Below, piece after piece: positions 38,728 through 53,547 of a stretch of DNA of 64,000 nucleotides (positions within the stretch are counted from its first letter, which is position 1; every line of letters starts with the position of its first letter). A model generated the notes under the pieces. The model saw only the letters and a program-made list of their open reading frames with translations. It ran no database searches and was not told the DNA's origin. The translations under genes and the position numbers were made by a program. This DNA is from Moniliella sp. 'wahieum' (taxonomy: Eukaryota): assembly GCA_003971905.1 (NCBI GenBank), contig RSEE01000031.1, forward strand, positions 558,001-622,000, written 5' to 3'.

Positions 38728-41440
38728 TTAGGGAGCCGTGGGTGCCGGCGTCTGGGACGGCAAAACAGGAGGGTCAGGGCGGTACGAGCGAGGGTAAATA
38801 GGGGTAGGGCGAGGACGATGGTACATCATCACAGGCGCCGTACCGATCGCGACCCGGTTCCGGCCCGAGTCGGGGTGGACAGGTGCGCTGGACGGCAAAC
38901 GCGACGGTGCAACAGGCGTTGGTGGGTGCGAATCAGAAGTAAGAGGGGCGTGGCAGGCCGGAGGTCAGGTCCTGCTGGCCAGATGCGACAAGATGCGTCG
39001 GCCCAGTGGTTCTTCTTCTCCGTGTTTCTCTTCTTCGTCCGGGGGACGGGGGAGCGGCTTGAGGTCCCTTGCTTGCGGCACATACAGATCGGGCAGGAGC
39101 GCATACCGTTTCGTGTTGGGGTACCTTGGGCTGCCCTGTTTAGGCGAGCTCAAGCAGGGCGAAGATTCTCTCGGGGGAGATAAGAGCGCCTCCAGGGCAT
39201 TGGTGTCCGTCGAACCATGAGCCACTTGTTGGCCCGCATGTCTGGATTCCGATCCAGGCCGTTGCGGCACCGGCATTCCCCGTCCCGCCCTGACATACGA
39301 AATAGGGGTGCGTGTTCGAGGGGGAGGCGGGGTGAGACCAAGCTTGTCCAATACCTCTGCGATGCGTGCGTCCTGGGAAAAAGCTTCGGCCTCGGGCGCG
39401 GGAGCAGAGTGATCGTGTATCGAGGGCAAGTCAGTTGGGATGTAAGTTGTGGGCATGGGTGAACCCTGCGGTGCTGAGCCCACCGGGGACCGAGGTGGAC
39501 AAGGGCAAGGAGAGGACACTGGTTCCTCCGCTGCACCTGCTTTCCCACGGCGAGGAAATCGCGAAGACGACTCAGAGGTGGCGCGACGTTCTCGCAACGT
39601 CAGCGGAACGATCATAGGCGATGGCAACGCCGTCGGTGTAGGAATTGGCATGGGAGCTGAGATTTCGCCAATGGCCGACACCCCAGGGCTAGAGGGTTCC
39701 TTGGCCAAGAAGTTTTTCGTGTTGTGATGGGAGGGTGGAGAAAATGAGCCAGGAGATCGATTGAGATGAAGGTGCTGAGGTGGCACAACGTGCCGCAACC
39801 CCGCGAGGGAAAGTGGTTTGCGAAATCCTTTTGAAGGCTTGGGCGAGTCGGGCGTGGAAACAGACCGTTCCTTGCGCCAGCTAGAACGATGATGGAAGTC
39901 CCACAATTGGCCGTTTTCTTTCGACGACAAAACTGGGGGGCAAATTTTGCCCTTTTTCTGGCGTCCCATCTCGACCGAATTGGGAGTCGTATAGGGCCTG
40001 TTGGACAAAAAGACACTGGGCTCCAAATCATTCGAAACGGTACCATCCCCGCTGGATGGAATCGGGCCGAGAGAATGAGCCCGATATGGGGTTGTAGTCT
40101 TTGGCGGCGCGGCCAGAAAAGGAGAGTCGGACATCATCTCTACTGGAGGGACAGTGGTTAATGATGATGGTGCCATGGTGGACGCAGGTTGGATAGGGGT
40201 TGATGGCGAGAAGCAGCTTTGGGGAATAGAGAAAGCGCCATGCGCCGTTGCCTGCACAGGCAACGGAGATGTTGGGGAGACAACTCGGGTGTCCGAGGAG
40301 TTAAGATGCAAGTTGAGGGTATCAAGGGCCGGCAGAGGGGGAGGATCGGGCTTAATCCACCCGTGCCGTTTATATGGCATTGGAGAGAGGGAACATTCCG
40401 ACCTGGCGAATTTTCCCGAGAGGGACGGGGGTGAACCAAATTCGGGCAACTTGGCTGTGCGTCCGCTCCGTGGGGAGACAGCTTTCCTCGCATGATGTTC
40501 GTGCAACCCGTGAAGATTGCCGAGTGAAACTGCTTTAAGGGGCCCTCTACCGCCCAATGGATGGGAGGGGGAGCGACGCGGAGGGCTCTCCGGCTGGAAG
40601 ACAGGAATGACAGTGTCGTCCACGGTCAGAGCGCCTGTAGGGGTAGAAAAAGACGCCGTCTGCAACCCGAGCTCCTCGGTTGAGGAGGGTCGATTCTCAA
40701 GGCTGGTAAGGGATGTGTCGGCGGCGTTGGCAGAGGCATGAGGTAAAGCAGGAGTAGGAGCTGATTGGCGACGATGCTATGCTGGTTGCAACAGGTACAG
40801 TAAACGGAACATCCAACATGGATGCTGGCAATTTACACTGCTCCACGGGGCTGCCCTCAAGTACAGCTGATTCTGCACTCAAATCGCTCAAGAACTTATT
40901 ATCGTTCTACAGGGAAGAAAAAACAAGTCAGCACTTTTGGATGGAATTCTCGATCCCCATGCAACATAGGATGGCGGCAGCGGCGGGCAAGGAACGAACC
41001 TTATCCCACATGTCGTCGTCGACGCTGGTGCCGCCAAAGCTGTCGTCGGAGCTGTAGCGGCTCGCGGAGGAACCATGAGAAGAGCGCAGAGGAAGGTCGT
41101 GAAGCAAGGATCGCCACAGGCCGACGCCGACACCACCGCTCTCGTGACGGCTTGGTGAATCCGGCGGTATAGCGAGACCAGTCGGCCTGTGGAGCGCGTG
41201 GCGGGAGCCATGATGTAGGGGTGTACTAGACGAGCCGGGATTCATGGGCGAGGGCGCGTCGCCAGGTCGGGGGAGGAGAGAGATGGTGGTAGAGCGAAGG
41301 AGAGTGGAAGGCGGGAGACATATGGTATGAGGCACTGGATTTGAGCTATAAGCCGATGCGAACGAGAGGCCCATGGGGGAAAGGAGGCGGCAAGAAGTGT
41401 GCTCCAATGCCGGCGGCGGACCATCGATGATCGATGACAT
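38728..41440 (-). CDS. Ser/Pro-rich hypothetical protein, copy 2; 3' end uncertain
   Basis: 566-aa ORF 38965-40665 fuses frames that are broken in copy 1. Same intron and the same start, MSSIIDGPPP. Confidence 0.65.
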
Positions 41441-44400
41441 GTGACAGGGCCCCTTCACGCTACCTTGACAGAGTCCTGAGGCTCAGGCCAGAGCGCCCGA
41501 GCCGTCGAATGCGGTCGCTGGCGTGGGATGTGCTGGCAGGTGCCGGTGGGTGTGCGTGTATGAAACAAATATAGGCCAATACAGAGCGCTACAATGGCAC
41601 GACGCACTCGACACTGCCCCGGTGCGGACGGGGCGTGCGGCTGCTGGGCCGAGCCGCTGGGCGTGGCACTGGTCTCCGCACCAAGCTCCCCAGGGCGCTC
41701 CTCCGGGGCACGGCGCCGCTCGTGAGCGCCTCATTCCCAGACCTCAGGCTTCTGCATCACACATCTTTTTGCCTCCTCACCTGTCGTGCACACATGTCGC
41801 AGGAGCAGCGGCTATGAGCTACTAACTACTAGGGCTCGACGGTGTGAAGCCCGCCGGAAGCGAAGGTCGGAGATGCGCAACTGCCCATGCCCATGCTACT
41901 CACACGCATATGGTGCAATTTCTCCTCTCGGGCATCTCATCTGTTGCTCCTCCTCCGACCCGAAGAGTACGTGGCAGACGCGGCGGTCCATTGCCACGCG
42001 TTCCACAGCGCCCTGTTCGCTATCGTGTCTGCTGGTATGGGGGGCAACCGCCGGACTCATGATGCATGATGCATGATGCATGATGCATCACCATCGGTCA
42101 CGGTGACCCCTCACGGTGAGGCGTGTGAGGCATTTCCTGCCCCTCAGGCCTCGCACCTCACTGGCATGCTTTAAGTATAGCGCGAAAAAAGCTTGGGTGC
42201 CACACTGACACTGAGAGTTCTGATCACATATAAACCTGACGGGCCTATACGTGCCCAATAACTTTCACAAATGCTATACCCCCTGCGGGATCCCTCTGTG
42301 GTCGCATATGTCCCAGGATACATTGCTACCGCCTGTTTAATAGTAACGCGTAACACGAGTACAAAATAGTTTATGCTTCTTTTGAATCCATATCATTGAC
42401 AGAGCTTAAGGCTGGGACAGGGGGAACGCTACGTCTAAACCTAAGTGTTCATCTTGCGGGGTTACTTGGAAGCGCCACTAAGGTCAAGGAACCAGGGGGA
42501 TCGCCAGGATATCAGGACCCTCCGGTTCTCGCCATCCGGTCCCGTACCCTAGGAAGCGCGCGTGGACACGGATGAACGTGGTTGACATCCGAGCGAGGAA
42601 CCATTTCCACTGAGACTTAGTAGCCAACTCCTTCCAATGCGCAAACAACTTGCCCGCTGTCTTGGTGCCGTAGTATCCTCGCGTCGTCAAAACCAGGGGG
42701 AAAAAACGGCTCTTGAGTGCGTCCCTGGTACTTGGCGTTCTTGTCGCATTCTGCTTGTTCAAGCAGCTTCTTTCATAAATATGCACAGCCGAAGTTTACA
42801 AGACGATGCGTTTCTTCCCGGCCGGTGTGCCCCGTGGACGTCTATCATATATCACCGATCGCCTCCGAAATCGAACATCCGCCCATCACGCGTTCAATGC
42901 GTTCGCGCTCTCAGAGATGAGCCTCATCCTTGTCATCCTTCTCTTGTGCACGTATTGCAGTTCGCCACTGCATCATCCGCGCTGTGGGGCGGGTTCTGCG
43001 TTTTACATTCAAGGTTTCAACCGGACACGCTCGATGGCTTCGTCTCTTCGGCTTCGTCCAACAGTGAAACACACCCACCGTGGTGCCCTCCCTTTAACAA
43101 TGTCATTTTCAGAGCACATCCAGTCGAGTAGAGCCGAAACCATAGAGCGAGCCAGGGAAAAGGGCAGAAAACTACACAGCCAAGTGTGCGTGATTAATGG
43201 ACGATAGTTGATGCCGAGGCAGTCCCAAAGCCCTCCCTGAGCCTGAGGCCTGAGGGAAAGAGCAAACAATACTGGGCCCGAACACAAAATCCCAGAGGAA
43301 AAGTTGGACGAAAGGTTGGAGAGCGAAGAGTAACTGTCACATGTCACTAATGGCTAGTAAAACTAAAGCTTGAAGCAAATAATGCCAAGGCCTAAAGTAA
43401 GGTGTGTGAGATGCGTGACTCGTGAGGCGCAGAGAATCAGATGTTTTGAAGCGAGGGTGTGTGTCTGGGATGCATGTGATGCTCGCTTCGCCTCGTGCCG
43501 GAATCCCTATCTCCCCGCATTGCATATTGAACGTTGAACGTTGAACATTGATCGGTGAGCGGTGAACGTTGAACAGCAAACAGTGACTCTCCCTTTAGTA
43601 CATGCCGCAACACATATGCCCTCCATTTGTATGGCTCCAGTATAATCATGCAGGCCTTAGGCCTTAGGTCTTAGGCCTTATTATATGACCTAAGGCTTAG
43701 ACCAGAACCACCACCACCACAGCGATTACATTGCTCTACACTTCCAGAGGGTTTCCCCCCAAATCCTTGGGTTCCTCCGGTCTTACATCCTGATTTTCTG
43801 GCGATTCCCCTTGTTCCCTAAAGGGGGTTAGTGCTAACGCGCAACATACACGCCGGATGAACGGGTCCGTTGAGGCGCAGCGTTCCTTTGTCCCCAGCCT
43901 CAAGCTCTGTCAATGATGTGGTTACAATATAGGAGTTAATGGACGCGATAGAGGAGTTTTTTAGCACGCACTTAATATGGTACACCTGCTCTTTTCACAA
44001 GCTTCAAGCTTCAATAAGCTTTAGGCCTCAGGCTGCCTGAGGGTTATAGCCTCAAGTTCAAACCGCCACTCGTACTCATGCACTCATGCTTCATGAGCAT
44101 GCGGGTCCACCTCGTCACGACACGAATGCCTCAGGTTCGTTCATACATCTAGCATTTGGGCTTTCGTTGGATTCCATGCCTGATTGTCTAGCTGGCTTGC
44201 ATCGCAGCCCCGCATATGGCCATGGCGATTGGCTAACTTGTTGATCATCTAGCCATTCTGGTATACTATCCTTCCTTAAATCACTAGTCACTATAGAGTT
44301 GTCACTATTATTACGCGGTACACATAGTTACTACATCCAGGTTAGTCTCTTAAAGCTTAACGCCAGAAAAAGGGATGCACCTCTGAGTCTGGGGCTCCGT

Positions 44401-47400
44401 CAAAGTTATTTGATGGGGTTCAAGTGCCTTCGTTTTCATGTCCGTTGTGGTCATACGCATACAGTTGTGTTCGATCGACGTTTTTCGTACCCATATATAC
44501 ATACCCGCTCCGCCCGGCAAAGTACCCATCCATACATGAGAAGGGACATTATTGACCGAACAGATCAACTTTTCAGCAGTACTTACACTTGGCCCGCCCT
44601 GGGCCTGAGAGAGGTTGATGGCCACACCGTGTACCACCTCCCAGCCTGGATGATTGTCACCTTGGGGGTATTTGCAGCGATATTATCTCTTGGTAAGCCT
44701 GTCACTCCCCATAGTAGTAGGGCCGGAACGAGGGCGTGTGCGCAATATGTTGGCCGAGAAGTCTTATCTCCTTGCCTGTTTGAAGAAGGGTCGCAATGTC
44801 ACATGTCCATGTCACCAGAAGAGATGATGTTCGAGAGGTTTATCATTAACGCGGTTCTCTTATAAGAGGCACCGACTCAGGCAAATCAGTGTAGCAATAC
44901 ATACTGATACCAGCCGGGGCACGTTCTCTCGAAAGCTGCCGCTGTTGGACTCAAAAAAAGGGGACAACAGTTTATTCATGACAGGCTGGGCAACAGAATC
45001 GAGTGAAGCGCGTGCGCGTGTGGTTGTACTTCTTCCATGCGGGAGAAGTATTATATATTAGCGAGCGCTGACAAGGGGATGGAACCAACCAGGGCCGAAG
45101 TGGCCCAGGACACCACATGGACAAAAGCCGAGATGTGCTGCTGCTGCCCTTCAGAGGCGGGACCGACGACGCGATATGTCGGCGGAGCGTCCAAGGATTG
45201 TGGTCCTATAAAACGGTAACTCCGTATATAATACACCAAAAATATTATCGTCTTGGTAAACGAAGCGCTGGCCAAATCGTGCGGGCTCGATAAGGCGCAG
45301 CAGTGAGACGGTGGTGCCACCGGAGAGGCAAGAGCCAAAACACGGACCGAGTAGATATAACAGAGCGGGGCAAAACGCTGATCTGCGTCCTGCTGCAGCG
45401 CGTGGGAGTGATCCAGCACATTCGCAACGATCAATGGGGGATTTTTCAACATCCGACACGGTTGAAGACGTTGAAGAGTCTGTATGTTTCAGGTGCTCAT
45501 TCTGTAGGTCAGCACTTTCATCACTTCAGTGGTGGGCAAAAATATAGAGTGCGTGTCACGGGCGAAGACGGGCTAGCAAGCCCGCCAGCGCTGTTATCCA
45601 ATTCTACGTATATCCGTGCGGCATCTCAGTATAGTCGCCTCTCTTTCCCATGTGAATTGGTAGCCACCGCGTGGCCACCCAATTGCCAGTACCATTGGCG
45701 TCTCCCCCTACTCTCCTCGCCAATTTGAACAACCCAGTACGAGCAACTTCTTAGTTGCTCCTCCGATTCCCGTCCTCGTCCTACAGCTCCGTCTTCAGCT
45801 CTCCATCCCTCAGACAAAACCTAGTTCCCGTGGGCCTCCCAGGTGCCACGTCGTTGCCGGCTGTTTCATTAAGTGAGAGGTGAGGTCTTACTGATGGTTT
45901 TACAGGTCAAGCAGGGTGCTGGCGACAAGGCTAGGCCGCTTGGCGGATGTGCTCTCGCTGCCGTTCACAATACCACGGTGGTATATATTTGTCGGTGCCG
46001 ATGGACATAATATAGGACGAGCAGGGGTAGTAGTGGTAAAGCACAGAACAGAAGGATGGTCTGTTTTGATGCGTTGATTGGAGACGGGGACACATCACCC
46101 ACTCACAACCTTCCATATAGTCCCATGTCTCCCGCGCCCTCGGACATCTCTATCCCTACTTCGCCCATCCCCAACGCCCCCCCGCCTATGTCCGCCAGTT
46201 CACACACCGAACACCTTCGTCACACGGGCGTCTCGACTTCTATATATCTGGAGGATGCCTTGCATAATAGGTCGGCGTAGGACCCTTCACCCAACCCCCG
46301 GTGGCTACAGCCTCCCATGCGGGCTTCCTCCCACAGCCACGACTTGTCTGGGTGGGCGCGTGAGGTGGTCCTTTCCATTCCCTATATCTTTGCCCCAGTT
46401 GGCTCTCGGCGGCGATCGACACAAACACCCTTATATAACCGCGAATACTATTCAGGCTCTCATTCTGTATATCCTCTCGTTCCCACAACTCTATGACACA
46501 CTATCACCGGCAAAAGAAGAGATCCGTAGGCACTTCTCGGTGAGACCTGGGTGTATACCTCTGCAGAAGTCTGCCCTTCTCGGGGAGGCCCCTCCCTGAT
46601 ACCCCTACCCCTGCTTTCACGTGCACCGTCGCTACCTGCTGCCCACTAAGAATGGAGGCAAGCCCTGCGGACGCCCCGCCTACACCGGCAGCAGTACAAC
46701 CTTACCCCCCAGAGAGTTCGCTGATGCATGCAGTACTTCCCCTATACCGGGCAAATAATGACGCCTCCGTTATAGCAGAGCCCGACATTTACCCTCCACA
46801 CCGTCTGCCTCTTAGCGCCCTCTCACCAGGAGAGCACGTCCTCCGCGGATGCTGCCAGCTCCCCAGCAGTCTCACATTCCCGTCACTTTCCCACCCCCCC
46901 CCTAACCGCACTTTTGAGGACCTCACATTTCCTGCCGCTACCTCCCACAAGTCTCGTCGCCCAACTCGGGTGTTCACGTTCCCCTCCTATCCCCAATGAA
47001 ACCGCTTTGGCGTCTTTGGAAACTAGTGCCCCGGTGTCTCTCCTTCATCATTCCTCCTCCTATTACGATCAAAGTACAAAATTGCTTCGTCCTTTTGATG
47101 CACCGCAAGCCCGCTGATCCAAACAATCGAGCCACTCTCGATAGCAGCGATTGCCTCGTCAACGCCACAAGGTTAGCTTTGTGTGGACCATATGTATACC
47201 AACAGGGCCGCGAGTTTGGTTCCATACTCCCCATGGCTCTCTCATCGATCTCATCCCGCCCCTCTCGGCATTCGGCACCATAAGGCGACCGATGATAATG
47301 ATGCAGCAGGCGCACGCGCACGTGCCCCTGTGTCAGATGCCAGACAGAGCTCAAGACCGCTGGCAAAACCGGTCGGGGAGGGTGGATCATGCATCTTGGC

Positions 47401-47874
47401 TCGAGACAAGGCGGAAGTCTGCCGGAGAATTGAGAAGATCTGAACCTCTGTGAGATCTGAGCGATCTGAGATCTGAGCGATCTGAGATCTGAGCCGGCCA
47501 AGGTTCAACGTTCAAGCTCTGATTAGATTAACGCTTAGCCTAAGCACTTAGCAGCCGGAAGGCGCTGCTTCGATTGGGGAATTGAAACATGAATGTTGCC
47601 AGCGGATATTGGCGGCACCGCATGGAGATTGAAATGGGAAACGCACGTGCGAGGCGCCGTGCACGTGACTGCGCAGCAGCGCAGCCTGGGCTGTCGTCAG
47701 TCGCTGCGAGTCGCCGACGCCCGCCAAGAGCCCGCTCACCGGTCACCCCGCCCTCGCCGCCGCCACCGCCGCCACAACCACACCACACCACCACCACCAT
47801 CGCCCGGGCCTCATCCACCCCCTCGTCGCGTGCCTCCGCTGGCAATCGCTCCTGCTCCAGCCTCCGTTGCTGGG

Positions 47875-48226
47875 ATGTCCTCCCCATCCATGCCCATTCC
47901 GTCCGGACCCTTGGGGAGGTCCGCCCCCAGCCTCGCACCCCTTGAGGCCGGTGATTCGATTCTCAGCGTCACACCCCACCTCGACGCGGCCTCCTTCCAG
48001 GACGGATGGCTGGGCGTGCCCGACACAAGTGCCTTTGTCCGCGGTGATGTGCTGGCCAAGTTGGACGAGCGCATTTATGCTGCATTTGACCTGCTCCAGG
48101 TCCGCATCCACCTGCACGCACTCGAACGCACCCCCAGTTCCCATGCTGTTTTGTACTCCGCCTCCCTCCCGCTCTGGACCCCTCCCGATCCAGAAACGCA
48201 GCTTGCTTCCCCTACCACACCGCAAG

Positions 48227-48260
<34 letters not shown>

Positions 48261-51062
48261 TCCCCACACACGCCTCCCGAGCTCGATGCCCTTTGAGTTC
48301 CGTATGACGCCCGACCTACCCCAATGTGTCCATCTGCCGTCCTCGGGTGTGCGCTACGTCCTTACGGCCGAGCTACTTGTCGCCCCAAAGCAACCATCTC
48401 AGCCGTTTTCCTGGCAGATGCGCAAGGTCGTTTCCTCCGTACCCGTGCATCTCACACGGTACATGCCTCCTGGACCGCTCTCACGCCTACTCTCACCGGC
48501 CCAGGTGCCGGCCCAGGCACAAGGCCGGCCACCCGCCTACTCTGATGAGCCCTCCCCAATTGCCGCGGGTCTTCCACCTCATTCGCCACTGCGGCAGCAG
48601 CTTCCTCCAGCGACCGGCTTGGAGCAGATTCAGCATTGGACCCCTCCCTGGGTGCTGCCGGCACAATTCATGTGCCTCCTGGATACGGTCTGGCACCCCA
48701 CGCCTGGTCCGCCCGCTATCCTACCGTCGTACATGCCCAATTGGCTCGCACCCTTTTTCGCCGCGGCGAGCCTATGCGTATCAACGTATTAATTCCTCCC
48801 CCGCCCCAGGGGTTGGCTACGGAGAAGGGCATGTCTCTCCGCTCGGTCGAAGCCCGACTAGTGCGGGTCATCACGGCGACAGAGCCACCTAAGGAGGAAG
48901 ATGCTACGGGCACTGCTCTCATTCTGTCGCAGGACCCAGGCCGGTGCCTGCCCCCCCGCTTCATTAGCAACCCATGCGTCTGGCTCAGGCTTGGCTTCTC
49001 CAGCTCATCCCGTCCTTTTGGCGAGAGAGAAACAGACAGTGTACGAGGCACAGCTCTCCTACTCGGGCAAGTTGGCCCGCTTTAATTCGTCCCGGGCCAT
49101 CGTCTTGCGTCTGGCGCTCCATTCGCCCTACAACATTGCTTGCCCCCCCGCCCCGAGTGCAGAGATTGATCGTGCTCTGTACGATGTGCGCGTTTCATCT
49201 GGCGCTCCAAACAGGGGGAATACCGCCGTTCCTGTTCCGTCCCAGCCGGGTGGCACTTGGTCCGAGACAGAAGCCGAAGCCAATGCTGCTGCCTTGGTAG
49301 ACGCAGATGTGGCACACGATCATCAGAGGGAAGGCACAGCGTGTGCAAGCATTAGCCAAGAAACCCTCTTTCACAAGGTGGAGTACGAAGTTCGGGTGCG
49401 CATTGTTCTCTCCTCCACACGATCCTACTCTCGCTCCCCCTCACCGTCCCACGAGGCCGAAGCGAGCTTCATGGACGAGACCAAGGGACATGGTTCTTCT
49501 CACGTTGGGCATTCGGCTGCGCCCAGCACGTCGGAGGCGAAATTGCCTGTTCAACCTGCTCCACCACGGTCTCCGCCCCGTGCTGCCGGTGCATCGGAAG
49601 ATCGACCACGAGATGTTCACATCCGCTTCTCGCGCAAAGTATTTGTTCTCCCCGGCATACCTCCCGAGGCAGCAATCGGACTTAACTCCGATGGTGACCC
49701 GTTGTGGACCGAAGACTTTGTCGATGCAAGTGAGCTTCATGGCGATGCTGAAGGGGCGATGACACTCGACCAACGCGAGGGGAGTGCGGCAGACCCCGGT
49801 GTTGCCCACACCCTTCACAGCGTACGTGCTGAAAAGATGCGCGCGGCCGAAGCGCTGACTGGGGGCGGAGACGATGCTGAAGCGGCCGGTTCGGGCCATG
49901 GAGGCAGTGTGTTCGAAGGGTTTGACCAGTTGGAGGAATTTGACGGGTACGAAGATAGCATCATCTACGATGAAGGTGGTGCCAGCTCCAGTGCGCCTGG
50001 ACTGGAACAACGGGCGGTTGCCACGGGAGGGGATACTCTTGTCGGCACCGGCCTTGGAACCGACCCTGCCTTGCCACCCCCGGCGATCTCGACTCCCGAT
50101 CCCCCAACTGCATGGGATGCTCCTCCTTCCGAGGAAGCCCCACCCCCTGTAGGGGCAGATGACGATCTTAATGAGTTTGAATTACGGATGGGCATGGAAA
50201 TTGGTCGTCGGATCGCTGCGATTGGGGCTGAGCGGCCGGTGCCGCAATGGACCACTGGAGACGAAGATGATGACTTGCGTCCGCCTCCAGGCGAACCACC
50301 TGAAGAGCAAGAGATTGATGCGGATGCCCATGCAGTTCTTGCTGGTGCTCGGGCAGAGAATCCCCCGCCTTCCATGCCTCTGCAGCCTCCTGCTTGGACA
50401 GCTGCGCCCGAAGACGCCCACGTCACCATCGCCCCTCAAATGGAGACTGGCGAAGATGGTGCAAGCGAGCAGGACGATTCTTCATGGGATGCCCCTCCCG
50501 CCTCAGCTCCACCTCCTGATGAGAATCACCCAGATCCCGTGGGCTTCGATTAGCAGCGGCTGCTCGCCAGATGAACTTGAACCCCACCCTGCTGGGTCAA
50601 GTTAGGACGCGATCGTCGGGTACCCGCCTACATTCCGAGCCACCTCCCAGTTTCGGGGACGCGACCGCCCCGGATGCCCCTCTTCCTCCTCCACAGGACT
50701 TTGCCTACGCCTATTCTTCCAATTCTTCAAGCCGCCGCCCTTCGGCTCATAGCGTCCACCCTGTACTTGTCCACGGCCTCCCTCGCAGCTTGCATTCATC
50801 GTCGGTCGGCATGGGAGGGCCGAGCCTTGAGACGGGGCATGCTCCACCCCCACCACCGTACCATGGGTCCCATGAGCACGATGATGAACATGGGCTGGAA
50901 GACCCCCACCATTCGACCCAACCACCTTCGTATTCGGCTGCAAGAGGGCTTGTGTCGCTTCGCAGAGCGTCGCCGGCGTCCGATTCTAGGGGAGCTACGC
51001 CGCCCCTGCCTGCCTCGGACGATCAAGAGCTGCCCACTTATGCCGAGTACGATCGACACTGA
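47875..51062 (+). CDS. Arrestin-like PY-motif protein, copy 2
   Basis: ORFs 47593-48792, 48636-49085, 48901-50553 and 50571-51062 chain together with the same motifs, including FHKVEYEVRVRI. Confidence 0.7.
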
Positions 51063-51286
51063 CACTACCTTTCGGATTTCCCCTTTCATCTATCCTGCAT
51101 CCTACCTAGCCTCATGTGTTCCTTTGCCGCCGGACGCTCGTTCCACTTTCTATATGCATACCATTCAAGGGTAATTCCCACCCACATTGTGCTCAGCCGG
51201 TAGCCTGCCAGTACCCAATCCCGAGGTCGTTTCGCCACCGACCATAGCGAATGCAATGCGGCATAGAGCCCGGGGTCCAAAAGGAC

Positions 51287-52365
51287 TTAGGGAAGCGAAG
51301 GGAAAAGTTGTTGGAGCAGCAAGATGGTGTCCTCGGGGCAAGTGACTGAGTGACCTTGAGTCCGCTCGTCCTCGAAGATCTCATGGTCGTTACCACCCTA
51401 ATTGGAGAAGAAAGACAGGTTAGAGGATGTTGTGCGTACATCGTGGAACGGGGTACGGGGGAGAAGGGACGTACAGCATAGGTTTTGTCACCAAAGAAGT
51501 GGATCTCGTCCCAATCCCAGCGTGGTGCACCGGCGGCGGCCGCCACAGCCGCAGCCTCGGCCTTGGCGTCCGCAACGAGCTCTGTGGTGGCCTCCTCGGA
51601 CTTCTCTAGCGCTTGGATTTGGGCATACTCTTCCTCCAGACGCTGGAGGGCGTAACGCTTGTCCCACCCGTCGGGGAACACATCAAAGCTGATCTGCCCG
51701 CCAATGGCGAAGCGCAGCCCAAAGTCCTTAAACTGGGTTTGAAGCGCCTTGACAAACTGAGCACGGATCTGGTGTATCTTGTCGTACGCCTCAAAGTCGT
51801 GACGCTCTTGCACAGACGCATTACGCCCAATGGGACTAATGTTGACCATGCCCTTGCGGAACTCGACAAACGTGCCACGCATCACGGGCAGGTCCAGTTC
51901 AGAGATGTACCGCAGCACAAACTTGACCAACTGCTTGTACCGATCCTCCCCGAGCCAGGAGATGAAGCTAACCGGCGCGAACTGGGTGGTGGGGCGGGTC
52001 GGCGCGGGGGTGGTAGAACGTACTGGCGTAGCCGCCGCTGGACCGACACTGTCCTCGTCCGGCCCAAGAGGCAGTACAGTGCGGGGTGGTGCCGCCCATG
52101 CCGTCAATCCATTCTCGGCAAACCCATAGTCAAACACTTCCTCCATCTTGGGGCCACCAGGCACCTCGAGCTGCTCCCGAATCTTGTTCATGTCGCTTCC
52201 GCCGACAAAGCCCACGTGGCTGCCGGTGGTATTGCGGAGACGCTGAAGCTCGGTGAGCATGTCAGGCTTGATGCCCTGGCGCGCAAGCGTGAGCGTGCCA
52301 TCCACATCGAAGAGGACGATGCGGCGAGTGTGGCGACGGGCCTGCAGGTCAGAAGGGGCCGACAT
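51287..52365 (-). CDS. SEC53: Phosphomannomutase, copy 2 (reading frame intact)
   Basis: LFDVDGTLT (DxD nucleophile motif), [50 protein letters not shown] and HFFGDKT. Intron 51398-51474 (GTACGT..CTAAC..TAG) restores GDKTYA|GGNDHEI. Confidence 0.97.
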
Positions 52366-53547
52366 AGGAAGAGACGGGAGGGGAGGGGAGGGGATGGAAA
52401 GATGAAGGAAGCAAGTGCGGGACGCTGCTCCAGACAGCCCACCTCATTAAAACGCAAAGATGGCTCCAATGCCAGTCGACTGGCCACGTGTACGCCCTCC
52501 ACGTCGCCCTTCCATGTTGGTCACTCTAATCACTGTCCCGTGAACGCGTGAACATTGCAAAGTGCCACGTCAAGCAAGGCATCATGCATTGTTGATTGTT
52601 TTCGGTGATCGATCCGCGATCGTCCCCCCCAGTTTCCCCTTTCTGGGCCAAGGCAACCTCGGATACCTACTTGGAGGGGTTGGTTGGACGATGTTGAACA
52701 GCTTCAACATTGAGGGGTGCCAAAAGCACATTGGACGACCGAACCTGAAAAAAGAGGGACGCGAGGGGTGCGGGGCAGTATAGCCGCGCACGATAATAAA
52801 TGGTCGAAAATTAAGTGTCTGTCTTAGCTTGAGGGAAGAGAGGGTTCTGATACTTAGAGCTGATGTGCTGATGCTTGAAGCTTGAAGCTCTTGAAGGGAG
52901 AGGCATATGCCTAAAACGGAGAGATGCGCGACGTCGTGCCTCCAGACCTTTCTGATCCTGTGGCTCAGTGGAGATAGGGCCAGGGAGCTGATTCCAGCTA
53001 GGTAATACTGCCCGAGTGTCTTCACGGAGACTGTTGGTAGAGAAATGGATATTGAACCTACTACAATTCCCATCTGACTATGAGTCCGCCTCTGAGTCAG
53101 GGCCAGTAGATGTAGAAAAAAAGAAAAATATCAGACTGGGGGTAAGTAAACGATAAGGACTCCCACGATAAGGATGGATACAGGGTCATCACAGGGAAGA
53201 CAAGGCTATAGCCGCCTTCCCCCACCGTACCATGGATGACCGAGGCAAGGAAAAGGGAAAGGTCTGAAGGGATAAAATGGGAGAGGGGGTGAAAGGGGGC
53301 GGAGGTGGAGGCATGGGGCCGACGGAAGAAGAGATCGTAGTAGGGGAGCAGGTCACGTGGAAATAAGGTATCAGACGATTGTGGCAGCCCCATGCCAAGT
53401 GAGGGCAACTTGTTTCCCTGTCGCTAGAGGGGAGAGGGTGGGAAGGGTGGAGGGATAGTAACGAAAGGCTTGCCCATGAACCCTCCCGAGTCACGGACCA
53501 GAAATGATTGGAGGGAACCGAAGATGAGAACAGGAGGGCCGGATGGA

